Positions 30,177 through 39,512 of a DNA stretch of 64,000 bases are shown in pieces. Under the pieces are notes generated by a model, which saw only the letters and a list, made by a program, of their open reading frames with translations, was not told where the DNA came from and ran no database searches. Source of the DNA: Dehalococcoidia bacterium (GTDB lineage: Bacteria > Chloroflexota > Dehalococcoidia > UBA2979); the NCBI GenBank assembly GCA_963667465.2, contig CAXXDN010000001.1, positions 896,001 to 960,000 of the forward strand, read 5' to 3'. The translations under genes were made by a program, and so were the position numbers. The first letter of the stretch is position 1, and each line of letters begins with the position of its first letter.

Positions 30177-30465
30177 GCAGCTCGGCCTCGTCGGGGACGA
30201 CGCCCTGGGTGGTGATTTTGCCGTTGATCGTGACGACGGGCGGGTGCCAGCCGCCGCGGCGCAGGGCGTCGAAGAGGTGGTTGAACCAGGGCTTGATACG
30301 CACCTCGACGCCGGGGAGGCCGGCGGCCACGCGCTGGACGAGGCGGACGGTGAGGTCGCACTCCTCGCAGATGGCGTGCGGTACCGTGAAGAAGAGTTGG
30401 CGGCCGGTCATCGGATAGACGGTGACCACCGTCGTCGTTGCCGCGTCGTTCGCTGTCCCGGTCAT
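30127..30465 (-). CDS. Thioredoxin/glutaredoxin-like small protein
   Basis: CEEC motif, HPPVVTINGK..QG.VP. Confidence 0.75.
   Translation of the reverse strand: MTGTANDAATTTVVTVYPMTGRQLFFTVPHAICEECDLTVRLVQRVAAGLPGVEVRIKPWFNHLFDALRRGGWHPPVVTINGKITTQGVVPDEAELRDALAGQGATAGADGA
30358..30434. repeat. 77-bp direct repeat, copy A
   Basis: Matches 31108-31184 with 2 mismatches. Confidence 0.93.
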
Positions 30466-30573
30466 GCCATTGAGGGTACGCGAGCGGGGCGCGCATGGCG
30501 CGCCGTGGGTACGATTGCGGTGGAGCGGGCAGTATGCGGCCCTCGGCGCGGCGGCGGACTGGGATGGTGACGG

Positions 30574-31281
30574 ATGGACTGGACGGACTTGGTTGAGAAG
30601 CTGGGCGACCGGTCACGCGCAGTACCGGCGAGCGAGTTCAGCGCCGACGACCCGGGCGCGAGCGACTGCGGTGTCTACACCTGGTGGGCGGACGAGACCG
30701 CTCAGCGAGTGATCGAGCGCGCGCTTGGCGCGGATGCCAGCTCGGTGATCTGCGTGGGCAAGGCGGGAGGTGGCACGTCGAGCCAGACGCTCGCGACCCG
30801 GATCGTCGGCAAGCATCTCAAGTCCAGGGCCAACATTGGGTCGTCGACGCTGCGGAAGAGCTTGACCGCGATCCTCATGAAGGACAAGGCGTTCGCCGCC
30901 GAGCATACGAGCTCCGACGCGGTCGCCCGGAGCCCCATCCTGTCTGACTGGATGCGGGAGCACCTCAAGGTCGCGATCGCCCCGGTCGATCGCCCGGAAC
31001 AGGTCAAGCACGCCGAAGAGGCGGCGCTCAAGTACTGCGATCCGCCGTTGAACTTGCTAGGAGTGACCAGGACGCCTGCCCGTGCCCAGCTCAGAACGTT
31101 GCGGAAGGCACTCCTCGCAGATGGCGTGCGGGACCGTGAAGAAGAGTTGGCGGCCGGTCATCGGGTAGACGGTGACCACCGTCGCGGTCGCAGCGGCTGC
31201 GGATGCGTCGGTCATGGATCGAGCGTACCGCAGGCCGCGGCTGCCGCGCAGTCGCGATTCCATGTAGAACGGGGCGCGTGA
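30574..31281 (+). CDS. GIY-YIG nuclease-like protein
   Basis: GVYTWW...ICVGKAG...LATRI..KH...SSTLRKSL...E......PPLNL; 3' end runs into the repeat. Confidence 0.7.
   Translation: MDWTDLVEKLGDRSRAVPASEFSADDPGASDCGVYTWWADETAQRVIERALGADASSVICVGKAGGGTSSQTLATRIVGKHLKSRANIGSSTLRKSLTAILMKDKAFAAEHTSSDAVARSPILSDWMREHLKVAIAPVDRPEQVKHAEEAALKYCDPPLNLLGVTRTPARAQLRTLRKALLADGVRDREEELAAGHRVDGDHRRGRSGCGCVGHGSSVPQAAAAAQSRFHVERGA
31108..31215 (-). pseudogene. Truncated 5' fragment of the thioredoxin-like gene (includes repeat copy B)
   Basis: MTDASAAATATVVTVYPMTGRQLFFTVPHAICEEC, then homology stops. Confidence 0.8.
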
Positions 31282-31356
31282 AGCAAGCCGCGAACTGCGG
31301 GACCGCGAGGTGCTACTCGCGAACCACCGCTGCGTCGCGCCTTCCGGGAGGCCTGT

Positions 31357-32715
31357 GTGAGCGGCGAGGCCAGGCGCTACACCAGATCGGCGGAGCTGAC
31401 AGAGCGCGCCGCCCGCCTGATCTCGGGCGGAACCAGCCGCGCCGGCGCGCGCGCGCCGGCGGCGGAAGGCGGGTGGGAGCACTCCCTCTTCGCCGCGAGC
31501 GGCAGCGGGGCGCGCCTGACCGACGTCGACGGCAACGAGGTGATCGACTTCAACAACCACTCGACCGCCCTCGTCCACGGACACGCGCACCCGCGCATCG
31601 TCGAGGCGATCACGAAGCAGGCGGCGCGCGGTACGGGCTCGAACTTCTCCAACGAGCACGAGCAGCGCCTGGCCGAGCTGATCTGCGATCGCGTGGCGGC
31701 GTTCGACCGCATCCGCTTCTGCGTGACCGGCACCGAGGCGGTGCTGATGGCCGTGCGCGCCGCGCGCGCACTCACCGGCCGCGTGAAGATCGCGAAGTTC
31801 GAGGGCGCCTACCATGGCCGTTCCGACTTCGTCGATATCTCGGTTGAGCCGGGTCCCGAGGACTGGGGGGAAGGCGACCCCAGCCCCGTCGCCCAGATCG
31901 GCACGTCGCGCAGCGTGACCGATGCGGTGGTCGTGCTTCCCTACAACGAGACGGAGCGCGCACGCGCGATCCTCGAGCGCCACGCCGGTGAGCTTGCCTG
32001 CGTGGTGATCGACCCGTTCGCCCCGCGCACGGGCCCCAGCGTCCCCGCGCCCGAGTTCCTGGCCATGCTGCGCGAGTACACGCGCAGCGACGGCAGCCTG
32101 CTGGTCTTCGACGAGGTGATCGCCTTCCGGCTGAGCTACGGTGGGGCCCAGGGGCTCTACGGCGTGACGCCGGACCTCACCTGCCTCAGCAAGATCATCG
32201 GCGGTGGCCTCCCGATCGGCGCCGTCGCCGGCCCCGCCGACTACATGGACATCTTCGATTCGGCAACCGGGCCGGCGCTCACGTTCGGCGGGACCTACGC
32301 GGCGAACCCGATGTCGGCCGCCGCGGGGGCGGCGGCGCTCGAGTTGCTCACTGCGGACGAGGTCGAGCGCATCAACGCGCTTGGCGCCCGGGCTCGCGAA
32401 CTGGTGCGTGAGGCCTTCGCGGTCAGCGGCTACCCCGGCCAGGTGCTCGGCGTCGGTTCGCTGTTCCGGCCGCACCTGACGACGCGGTCGATCCGGGGCT
32501 ACCGCAGCGCCCGCTGGAACGCCGAGGAGCGAGCGCGCGTGCGGCGCCTCCAGGGCCGCATGCTCAACCGCGGTGTCTCGATCTGGGAGCATCAGGCGCT
32601 CTGCTCGATCTCTACGCCCATGGGCGACCCGGAGCTGGAACGGCTCGCCGAGGCGCTCACGGCCTCGCTGCGAGCGATGATTGCGGAGGGTGACGTCCCC
32701 GGCGAGGCAGGCTAG
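31357..32715 (+). CDS. Class III aminotransferase (glutamate-1-semialdehyde aminomutase-like)
   Basis: DVDGNE.ID, GTEAVLMAVR, FEGAYHG, FDEVI.FR, SKIIGGGLP. Confidence 0.9.
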   Translation: MSGEARRYTRSAELTERAARLISGGTSRAGARAPAAEGGWEHSLFAASGSGARLTDVDGNEVIDFNNHSTALVHGHAHPRIVEAITKQAARGTGSNFSNEHEQRLAELICDRVAAFDRIRFCVTGTEAVLMAVRAARALTGRVKIAKFEGAYHGRSDFVDISVEPGPEDWGEGDPSPVAQIGTSRSVTDAVVVLPYNETERARAILERHAGELACVVIDPFAPRTGPSVPAPEFLAMLREYTRSDGSLLVFDEVIAFRLSYGGAQGLYGVTPDLTCLSKIIGGGLPIGAVAGPADYMDIFDSATGPALTFGGTYAANPMSAAAGAAALELLTADEVERINALGARARELVREAFAVSGYPGQVLGVGSLFRPHLTTRSIRGYRSARWNAEERARVRRLQGRMLNRGVSIWEHQALCSISTPMGDPELERLAEALTASLRAMIAEGDVPGEAG

Positions 32716-33842
32716 TCGCGCCGTTCGTCCAGCACGATCGCCGCCTTGATCTCGCGCCACTCGCGCATCCGCTCCAGGGCGACGTTGATCTCCTCGAGCC
32801 GGTAGCGATTCGAGATCAGGTCCAGCCACGGGAAGCGCTCCCGGTTGTGCGCGAGGAAGTCGAGCGCGCGCGCGTAGTGATCGACGCCGGCTGAGATCGA
32901 GCCGACGACCCTGAGGTGCTTCCCCGTGATGTCGGATGGGCGCACCTCCACCGCCTCGTTGTGCCGCTGGCCAAGCACGAGGTAGCGCCCGCCGCGAGCG
33001 ATCAGGTCGATGCCCTCCGGGAACGCGCTCCGGGCGCCCGAGACCTCGATCACCACCTCCGGGCCACGACCCTCCGTCCAGTCGAGGATCCGGGCGCGCC
33101 GCTCGGACGGATCGGGCAGCTCACCGATGTCGAGGGTGTGCGTGGCGCCCCAGCGGCGCGCGACCGCGAGGCGCTCCGCGGGTCCGCCGATCACGATCAC
33201 GGCCGGCGCGCCCGAGCGGACCGCGAGCGCCGTCGCGAAGAGTCCCAGCGGCCCCGAGCCCTGGATCGCCACGCGGTCCGTGTCGCGGATCCGGCCGAGG
33301 CGATCGAACCCGTGGACCACGGTGCGGAGCGCGCACGAGGCGGCCGAGGCGAGCTCGTCGGGCACGACGTCCGGCACCCGCACGCGTCCGGCCGTGGGGA
33401 AGACGTAGCCGTATTCGGCGAACCCTCCGGTGAGATGGGGGAACTCCGTGCTCAGGGTCTGCGTGTAGCCGCGCCGGTGCTCGCACAGCGTCGGCTCATG
33501 CGCGACGACGCACTGGTAGCACTGCCCGCAGAAGCCGTGCGTGTAGACGATGCGGTCGCCCACGGCGAGCGGGCGGCCCACCGAGTCGTGAGTCACGCCC
33601 TCGCCGAGCCGGACCACGCGACCGACCATCTCGTGGCCGAGGATGCGCGGGAAGCGGTCGTGTGAGGCCTGCGTGTCGCCGTGCTGCACGTGGCCGTCGG
33701 TGGCGCAGATCGTCGCAACGAGGTGACGGACGAGGATCGCGTTCGGCTCGAGCTGCCTCGGGACGGGCACCTCGCCGATCTCGAGTGGCTGGCCGCGCCC
33801 CACCAGCAGCGCGGCCCGGCAGGTCTCGGGAATCTCGGTCAC
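32712..33842 (-). CDS. Zinc-dependent alcohol dehydrogenase
   Basis: ICATD.H, GHEMVG, CGQCYQC, GSGPLG. Confidence 0.9.
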   Translation of the reverse strand: MTEIPETCRAALLVGRGQPLEIGEVPVPRQLEPNAILVRHLVATICATDGHVQHGDTQASHDRFPRILGHEMVGRVVRLGEGVTHDSVGRPLAVGDRIVYTHGFCGQCYQCVVAHEPTLCEHRRGYTQTLSTEFPHLTGGFAEYGYVFPTAGRVRVPDVVPDELASAASCALRTVVHGFDRLGRIRDTDRVAIQGSGPLGLFATALAVRSGAPAVIVIGGPAERLAVARRWGATHTLDIGELPDPSERRARILDWTEGRGPEVVIEVSGARSAFPEGIDLIARGGRYLVLGQRHNEAVEVRPSDITGKHLRVVGSISAGVDHYARALDFLAHNRERFPWLDLISNRYRLEEINVALERMREWREIKAAIVLDERRD

Positions 33843-33981
33843 TCGCCCGGCCTCCGCCCTTGCGTGCGTTGCCCCGGCGATCGCCCCGGAGGAGCTTGTG
33901 GAGGCCGGGCCCGCTCATGTGATGGGGGGGGTAGCGGAGCGGACGGCACCGCTGTGAGCAGCTGACGTCCGCTCCCTCAGC

Positions 33982-35421
33982 TTACGCGGTGGAAGCAGGA
34001 CCCTCCTCGGTCGGTGCGGCGGTCTCGGCCGCCTCGGGCGGCGCCCCGTTGCCGTCCGGCGCGCCGTTGGTGGTCTGGACGCGTGGCAGGCTCTTGAGCG
34101 TGCCGAGGATGTCGATCCCGGTCAGGCTCTCGACGAGGTCCGGAAGCTGGGACACGACATTGGTGACATCGCCGGTCAGCTTGCTGGCGCCCATGGAGCC
34201 GTCCCCGCTGATCATGACGATCCGGTCCGTCTGACCGAGCGGCTGCGCGACGGCCGCGGCAACTTCCGGCAACGACTCGAGCAGCGTGTCGATGACAGCC
34301 GCCTGACCGTACTCCTTCCAGGCATCTGCCTTTGTTCGCATCGCCTCCGCTTCCGCGAGACCCTTGGCGCGAATCGCGTCGGCTTCCGCCTCGCCGCGGG
34401 CGCGGATTGCATCGGCCTCGCCGTTACCGTTGAGCGTGATCGCTTCGGCTTCGGCTTCGGCCTCGGCGACCACCCGGGTCTTCTCACCGGCCGCGATCGT
34501 TTCGAGGCGGTAGCGCTCGGCCTCGGCCGGGCGCTTCACGCCTGCCTCCAGCTCGCGCTCGCGTCGTGCGATCTCCTGCTGCTCGACCTCGATCTGCTTG
34601 GTGCGCTCGACGACCTCGACCTGGAGCTCCTGCTCGCGGATCTCCTGCTGCGTCATCGCCTCCTGCAGGGCGTAGGCAAGCTCCGCCTCGGCCCGGCGGG
34701 CGTTCGTCTCCTGCTCGTAGCGGGCCTTCTGAACGGCGAAGTCGCGTTCCGCCTCGGCGATCCTGGTGTCTGCGTCGTAGCGGGCCTGCTCCTGGTCGCG
34801 GTTCGCCTGCGCCTCGACGATCGTGGCGTCGCGCTGCGCCTCGGCACGCCGGATCGCCGCGTCTCGGGCGGCCTCGGCCTCGCCGATCTCGGCGTCGCGC
34901 GTGACCTCGGCCGTGCGCTTGCGTCCGAGCGCGTCGAGGTAGCCCTGTTCGTCGCGGATGTCGCGGATCGTGAAGCTCACGATCTCGAGGCCCATGTTCG
35001 CCATGTGCGGCCCGGCCACCTCGGACACGCTTTCGGCGAACGATTCGCGGTCCTGGTAGATCGCCTCGACGGTCATCGTTCCGAGGATCGCGCGCTGCGC
35101 GCCCTCGAGTGTCTGGAGGGCGACCTGCGCGATCTCGGACTCGCGCTTTCCGATGAATTGCTGTGCGGCCGTGCGGATCGCTTCCTCCGCCCGCGCCACC
35201 TTGACCTGCGCCACCCCGTCCACGGTGACGGCGACGCCCTCTTTCGTGTAGACGTTCGCCGTCTCGACAGGCAGGGTCATGACCTCGAGTGAGATGCTCT
35301 GCGCCTTGTAGAAGAACGGGACGACGATGACGCGGCCGCCGACCGTCACCTTCGGTCGGGAGCCGCCCCCCGACCTGATCACGGCCTCGTTGGGCCCTGC
35401 TACCTTGATGATTGGAGCCAT
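33982..35421 (-). CDS. Flotillin (SPFH domain) protein
   Basis: SPFH N-terminus (VDGVAQVK, LEGAQRAILG.MTVE.IY.DR) and AEA-rich coiled coil. Confidence 0.93.
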   Translation of the reverse strand: MAPIIKVAGPNEAVIRSGGGSRPKVTVGGRVIVVPFFYKAQSISLEVMTLPVETANVYTKEGVAVTVDGVAQVKVARAEEAIRTAAQQFIGKRESEIAQVALQTLEGAQRAILGTMTVEAIYQDRESFAESVSEVAGPHMANMGLEIVSFTIRDIRDEQGYLDALGRKRTAEVTRDAEIGEAEAARDAAIRRAEAQRDATIVEAQANRDQEQARYDADTRIAEAERDFAVQKARYEQETNARRAEAELAYALQEAMTQQEIREQELQVEVVERTKQIEVEQQEIARRERELEAGVKRPAEAERYRLETIAAGEKTRVVAEAEAEAEAITLNGNGEADAIRARGEAEADAIRAKGLAEAEAMRTKADAWKEYGQAAVIDTLLESLPEVAAAVAQPLGQTDRIVMISGDGSMGASKLTGDVTNVVSQLPDLVESLTGIDILGTLKSLPRVQTTNGAPDGNGAPPEAAETAAPTEEGPASTA

Positions 35422-35463
35422 ATGCACTTCTCCTCACGTTGCCGGTCACCCAGCGAGTGCCGG

Positions 35464-36894
35464 TTACTTGTTTCCTCGTTTGATTATCCTGCGGATCCGG
35501 TCCGCCACCGCCGACACTAACACTCGCGTTCTCGATCCCGATTCCGGGAACGAGTCCGACACCTTGATCACCCCGCCGCTGTAGACGCTGATCACGCGCA
35601 CGTCCTGGCCGGCGCTGATGCTCGTCCATTCCTCGGTGGTGGCGGACCATTCCCGGTCGCCGATGCGGACCGTGCCGGACGGCGCCAGATCGGAGAGCGC
35701 GACCCCGCGCGCGCCGATCATCGCTTCGTCGGGCGTGCCGACGAAGGCGTCGGCCGACCCTCCCTCTCTCGCGAGGTTGAACAGCGTGAACAGCGCTCCG
35801 GCAAGCACCACCGTCATGGCGCCGATCAGCCAGCGGTCCACCTCGACCGCCGGCTCCGGGATCACCGACGACTCGAAGAACCCGCCGAAGATCAGGAAGG
35901 AGCCGACCAGGAACGAGACCACGCCGCCGGCGCCAAAGGCGCCGATGCCGGGCGCCTGCAGCTCGAAGAAGAACAGGCCCATCGCGAACAGGATGAGCGC
36001 CACGCCAACCCAGCTGACCGGGAGTTGCCCGAACGCGACGAAGGCGAGCAGCAGCGCGATCACTCCGACCACGCCCGGGCCGAACACGCCGGGGCTGAAG
36101 AACTCCGCCAGCAGCGCCAGGCTCCCAAGGCTGAGCAGGAGGTAGGCGATGTTCGGGTCGGCGATCAGTCCCAGGAAGCGCTCGAGCATCGTCTTCCTGA
36201 CTTCGCGGACGGGCAGGTCGGTCGGGCTCACCACAACGGTCCCGCTGGCGGTCTCGGCCGTACGGCCATCGACCTGGTTCAGCAGGTCGGCCATGTCGGT
36301 GGCGATCAGGTCGATGATCCCGAGGGCGATTGCCTCGTCCGCCGAGTAGGCGAGTGCTCTCGTGACCGTGTCCTCAAGAGCGGCGGCGTTGCGATTCCGC
36401 TGTTCCGAGATTCCCCTGATGAGCGCGCGGATGTCCTCGTTGACCTTGTCCCTCAGCGTTGGGGGCAGTTCCCCACCCGACGAGCTCACCGGCGACGCAG
36501 CGCCGATGTTGGTGGCGGGGGCCATCACGGCGAAGTTGGCGGCGACCGTAATGAACGTGCCGGCCGACGCCGCCTGCGCACCGGCAGGCGAGACGAAAAC
36601 GGCCACGGGCGTCCGGGACCCGAGGATCGCCTCGATCATGTTGCGCATGGAGTCGGCGCGCCCTCCGGGCGTGTCGAGCTCGATCACAATCAGCGCGGCG
36701 CCGTCGTCGGCAGCCTTGTCGATCGCCCTCGAGAGGTAGCGCTCGCTGACGGCGTCGATCACGCCGTCGAGCTTGATGAGGGCGACGTGATCGCCGTCCG
36801 CGCGTGCGGACCCGGGCCAGTGCGCAAACAACAGCAGGAGCAGGCCCGCAGCCACAGAGGCGAGGCCTATGCCGCGCGCTGTGCCTCTGGTCAT
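35464..36894 (-). CDS. nfeD: NfeD long-form membrane-bound ClpP-class serine protease
   Basis: LDTPGG, AASAG, NIGAASPV, TM bundle, C-terminal OB fold; operon with flotillin. Confidence 0.9.
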   Translation of the reverse strand: MTRGTARGIGLASVAAGLLLLLFAHWPGSARADGDHVALIKLDGVIDAVSERYLSRAIDKAADDGAALIVIELDTPGGRADSMRNMIEAILGSRTPVAVFVSPAGAQAASAGTFITVAANFAVMAPATNIGAASPVSSSGGELPPTLRDKVNEDIRALIRGISEQRNRNAAALEDTVTRALAYSADEAIALGIIDLIATDMADLLNQVDGRTAETASGTVVVSPTDLPVREVRKTMLERFLGLIADPNIAYLLLSLGSLALLAEFFSPGVFGPGVVGVIALLLAFVAFGQLPVSWVGVALILFAMGLFFFELQAPGIGAFGAGGVVSFLVGSFLIFGGFFESSVIPEPAVEVDRWLIGAMTVVLAGALFTLFNLAREGGSADAFVGTPDEAMIGARGVALSDLAPSGTVRIGDREWSATTEEWTSISAGQDVRVISVYSGGVIKVSDSFPESGSRTRVLVSAVADRIRRIIKRGNK

Positions 36895-36950
36895 GCGATA
36901 GGGGCTCGGCTCAGCTGGACGTGATAATTCGGTAACATCGAGTGCATATC

Positions 36951-36970
36951 AGTATATACGAATGTTCGTA
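36951..36970 (-). promoter_or_regulatory. Putative -10 (TATACT) with adjacent palindrome TACGAA-TG-TTCGTA
   Basis: AT-rich patch upstream of nfeD; palindrome at 36957-36970. Confidence 0.45.
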
Positions 36971-37018
36971 GGGGCGCCAGTGAGACAGGTTATGGCGCAC
37001 CGAGGCTGCAACGGGCAG

Positions 37019-37093
37019 TGGAGCGGGAGATGGGATTCGAACCCACGACCCTCTGCTTGGGAAGCAGATGCTCTACCCCTGAGCTACTCCCGC
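37019..37093 (-). tRNA. tRNA-Gly(CCC)
   Basis: Reverse complement GCGGGAGTAGCTCAGGGGTAGAGCATCTGCTTCCCAAGCAGAGGGTCGTGGGTTCGAATCCCATCTCCCGCTCCA: cloverleaf, CCC anticodon, encoded CCA. Confidence 0.97.
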
Positions 37094-37257
37094 ATCGCTG
37101 CTCCGGCAGGGGCACCATTAAGCGCCGCGCGCCATCGCGCGTCAACGCGCGCCTCGAGGCGAGCCGAACGCGGCAGCCGCTGCCATCGGCTACCATCGCG
37201 CTCGGCACGAGCACCGAACGCCCTCCGAGGGCGGGCATGGCCGAGCGGAGGTGAGCG

Positions 37258-38190
37258 ATGAAGTTCGGCGCGTACCTGATCAACCCGCCGAATCTGCCCT
37301 ATGCCGCCGGCGGCGCCTCCGCCTCCGACTACGGCGAGGCCGACAGCGTGACCTCGCCCGGCTACCTGCGTGAGTGCGCCCGTCACGCCGAGGAGCTGGG
37401 CTTCGACTCGATCTGGTTCCCGGATCACGTCGTCATCCCCGCCTCCTACAGCTCGCGCTACCCGTACCAGGAGTACGAGGGCGGCGAGTACCGCCGCTAC
37501 CCCTACGACGAGACCGCGTTCCCGGAGCCGATGACCGCCCTCGCCTACGTCGCGGGCGCCACCGACCGCATCAAGCTGCGCACCGGCGTGCTGATCCTCC
37601 CGGAGCGCAACCCCGTGCTCTTCGCCAAGGAGCTGGGCACCCTCGACGCGCTCTCCGGCGGCCGCGTCGAGCTGGGCATCGGCATCGGCTGGCTGCGCGA
37701 GGAGTTCGAGGCGCTCGGCATCTCCTGGCCGAACCGCGGCCGCCGCTGCGACGAGTACATCGAGGCGATGCAGGAGATCTGGAACAACGAGGTCGCCAGC
37801 TACCATGGCGAGTTCGTTTCGTTCTCGGAGATCCGCTGCGACCCGAAGCCGGTCCAGCCCGGCGGGGTGCCGCTGATCGTTGGCGGCCACACGAAAGCGG
37901 CGGCCGTCCGCGCCGGGCGCTACGGCGCCGGCTACCTGCCGCTCGGCTACCACCAGGCCAGCGACGGCTTCGAGTTCATGGACGCGATGCGCGAGGCCGC
38001 CGAGCAGGCCGGCCGCGACCCCGACGCGATCGAGCTCTCGGCCGGCGGCGCACCCGACCCGGACTACCTCGAACAGCTCGCCGAGGCAGGCATCGACCAT
38101 GTCTTCCTGCAGGCCTGGCAGCCGACGATCGAGGCAGTGAAGGAAGGCCTGCAACGGATCGCCGAGGACATCATCCCCAGGTTCCGCTAG
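37258..38190 (+). CDS. LLM class F420-dependent oxidoreductase (Rv2161c-like)
   Basis: GFDSIWFPDHVV, TGVLILP.RNP, SGGRV.LGIG.GWL.EEF. Confidence 0.9.
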   Translation: MKFGAYLINPPNLPYAAGGASASDYGEADSVTSPGYLRECARHAEELGFDSIWFPDHVVIPASYSSRYPYQEYEGGEYRRYPYDETAFPEPMTALAYVAGATDRIKLRTGVLILPERNPVLFAKELGTLDALSGGRVELGIGIGWLREEFEALGISWPNRGRRCDEYIEAMQEIWNNEVASYHGEFVSFSEIRCDPKPVQPGGVPLIVGGHTKAAAVRAGRYGAGYLPLGYHQASDGFEFMDAMREAAEQAGRDPDAIELSAGGAPDPDYLEQLAEAGIDHVFLQAWQPTIEAVKEGLQRIAEDIIPRFR

Positions 38191-38228
38191 CGAGGATCCG
38201 CGAACGGCCTCGGTGTAAGGGAGTGCGT

Positions 38229-39497
38229 GTGACGGACGGTGAGGCCATGGACCACCATCAGCGCTGGATCGAGTGGCGCGAGCAGACGCCCGCGCTGCGC
38301 GAGTACGCCTACATGAACTCCGGCTTCGCCGGGCCGGAGCGCATCGCGGTGCACGCCGCGATGCGCCGGCGCTTCGACCTCGAGTTGCTGCATGGCTCGA
38401 CGACGCGCCAGGCCCTCGACGATCGCTACGAGCTCGCCGACCGCTACCGCACCGTCATGGGGCAACTGCTCGGCGGCGCATCGCCGGACGAGATCGCGAT
38501 CACCGGTAACACCTCCGAGGGCATCAACATCGTCGTCAACGGCCTCGGCATGCAGGCCGGTGAGTGCCTCATCACGACCGGAGTCGAGCATGGCTCGGGC
38601 ATCGTGCCCGCCTACTACCAGCGCGCGCGCCATGGCTGCGAGCTGGCGATCGTGCCGATCGACGCGCAGGACTCGCCCGGGCAGCAACTGGAATCCTTCG
38701 TCGGGGCGCTCGACAGCGCGGAGTGCCCAATCAAGCTGGTCATCCTCTCCGAGATCTCGTACTCGACGGGGCAGCTCCTGCCGCTGAACGCGATCGTCGA
38801 GGAGACGCACCGCCGGGGCGGCCTCGTGCTCGTCGACGGTGCGCAGACGGCCGGGCACATCCCGATCGACGTGCGCGCGAGCGGCGTCGACTTCTATGCG
38901 ATCCCCTCGCACAAGTGGCTGTGCGGCCCGGACGGTCTCGGCGCGCTCTACGTGCGCGAGGACCTGATCCCGCTGGTCGCACCCACGAAGGTCTCGGGCC
39001 GCGCCGCCGCGGAGTACGACCTCGAGGGCGGCTTCGAGCCGGAGCGCGAGAAGATCACCAAGTACGAGCTGACGACGACGGCGACGGCGCTGATCGCCGG
39101 CACGATCGAGGCGGCCGAGTGGTACCTCGAATCGGGGCCCGAGGCCGTCTTCGAGCGGACGCGCGGGCTCAACCGCTACGCGGACGAGCGCTTCAGCCGC
39201 ATCGAGGGCGTCGAGGTGGTCAGCCCGCACCACGACGCGACACGTACGGGGCTGTTCTGCTTCACGGTCGACGGCCTCGAGGCGGCCGACGTGAATGCCT
39301 TCCTGCAGCAGGAGGGACGGGTCGTCTGCCGCTCGGTCGCGCAGTTCAACAGCGTCCGGCTCTCGCTGCACGCCTTCAACACCGAGGCCGAGATCGACCG
39401 GACCGCCGAGACGGTGGAGCGCGCCATCCTCGAGGGCATCCCCGACGACGTCGAGCCCGCGATTCCGCCGCAGCTCATGGCAGGCGGCGCGCCGTAG
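38229..39497 (+). CDS. Class V aminotransferase / cysteine desulfurase-like PLP enzyme
   Basis: NTSEGIN, VDGAQTAG, SHKWLCGP; start GTG 38229 or ATG 38247. Confidence 0.88.
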   Translation: MTDGEAMDHHQRWIEWREQTPALREYAYMNSGFAGPERIAVHAAMRRRFDLELLHGSTTRQALDDRYELADRYRTVMGQLLGGASPDEIAITGNTSEGINIVVNGLGMQAGECLITTGVEHGSGIVPAYYQRARHGCELAIVPIDAQDSPGQQLESFVGALDSAECPIKLVILSEISYSTGQLLPLNAIVEETHRRGGLVLVDGAQTAGHIPIDVRASGVDFYAIPSHKWLCGPDGLGALYVREDLIPLVAPTKVSGRAAAEYDLEGGFEPEREKITKYELTTTATALIAGTIEAAEWYLESGPEAVFERTRGLNRYADERFSRIEGVEVVSPHHDATRTGLFCFTVDGLEAADVNAFLQQEGRVVCRSVAQFNSVRLSLHAFNTEAEIDRTAETVERAILEGIPDDVEPAIPPQLMAGGAP

Positions 39498-39512
39498 CGC
39501 GAGCGTTCGCGG

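Noticed and set aside
30520-30529. GTGGAGCGGG matching the tRNA-Gly 3' end as a possible att site
   Set aside because: Only 10 bp in high-GC DNA and no integrase; plausible by chance
36955-36970. Resemblance to a LexA box or loxP arm
   Set aside because: Does not fit GAAC-N4-GTTC or loxP geometry; kept only as an unassigned palindrome
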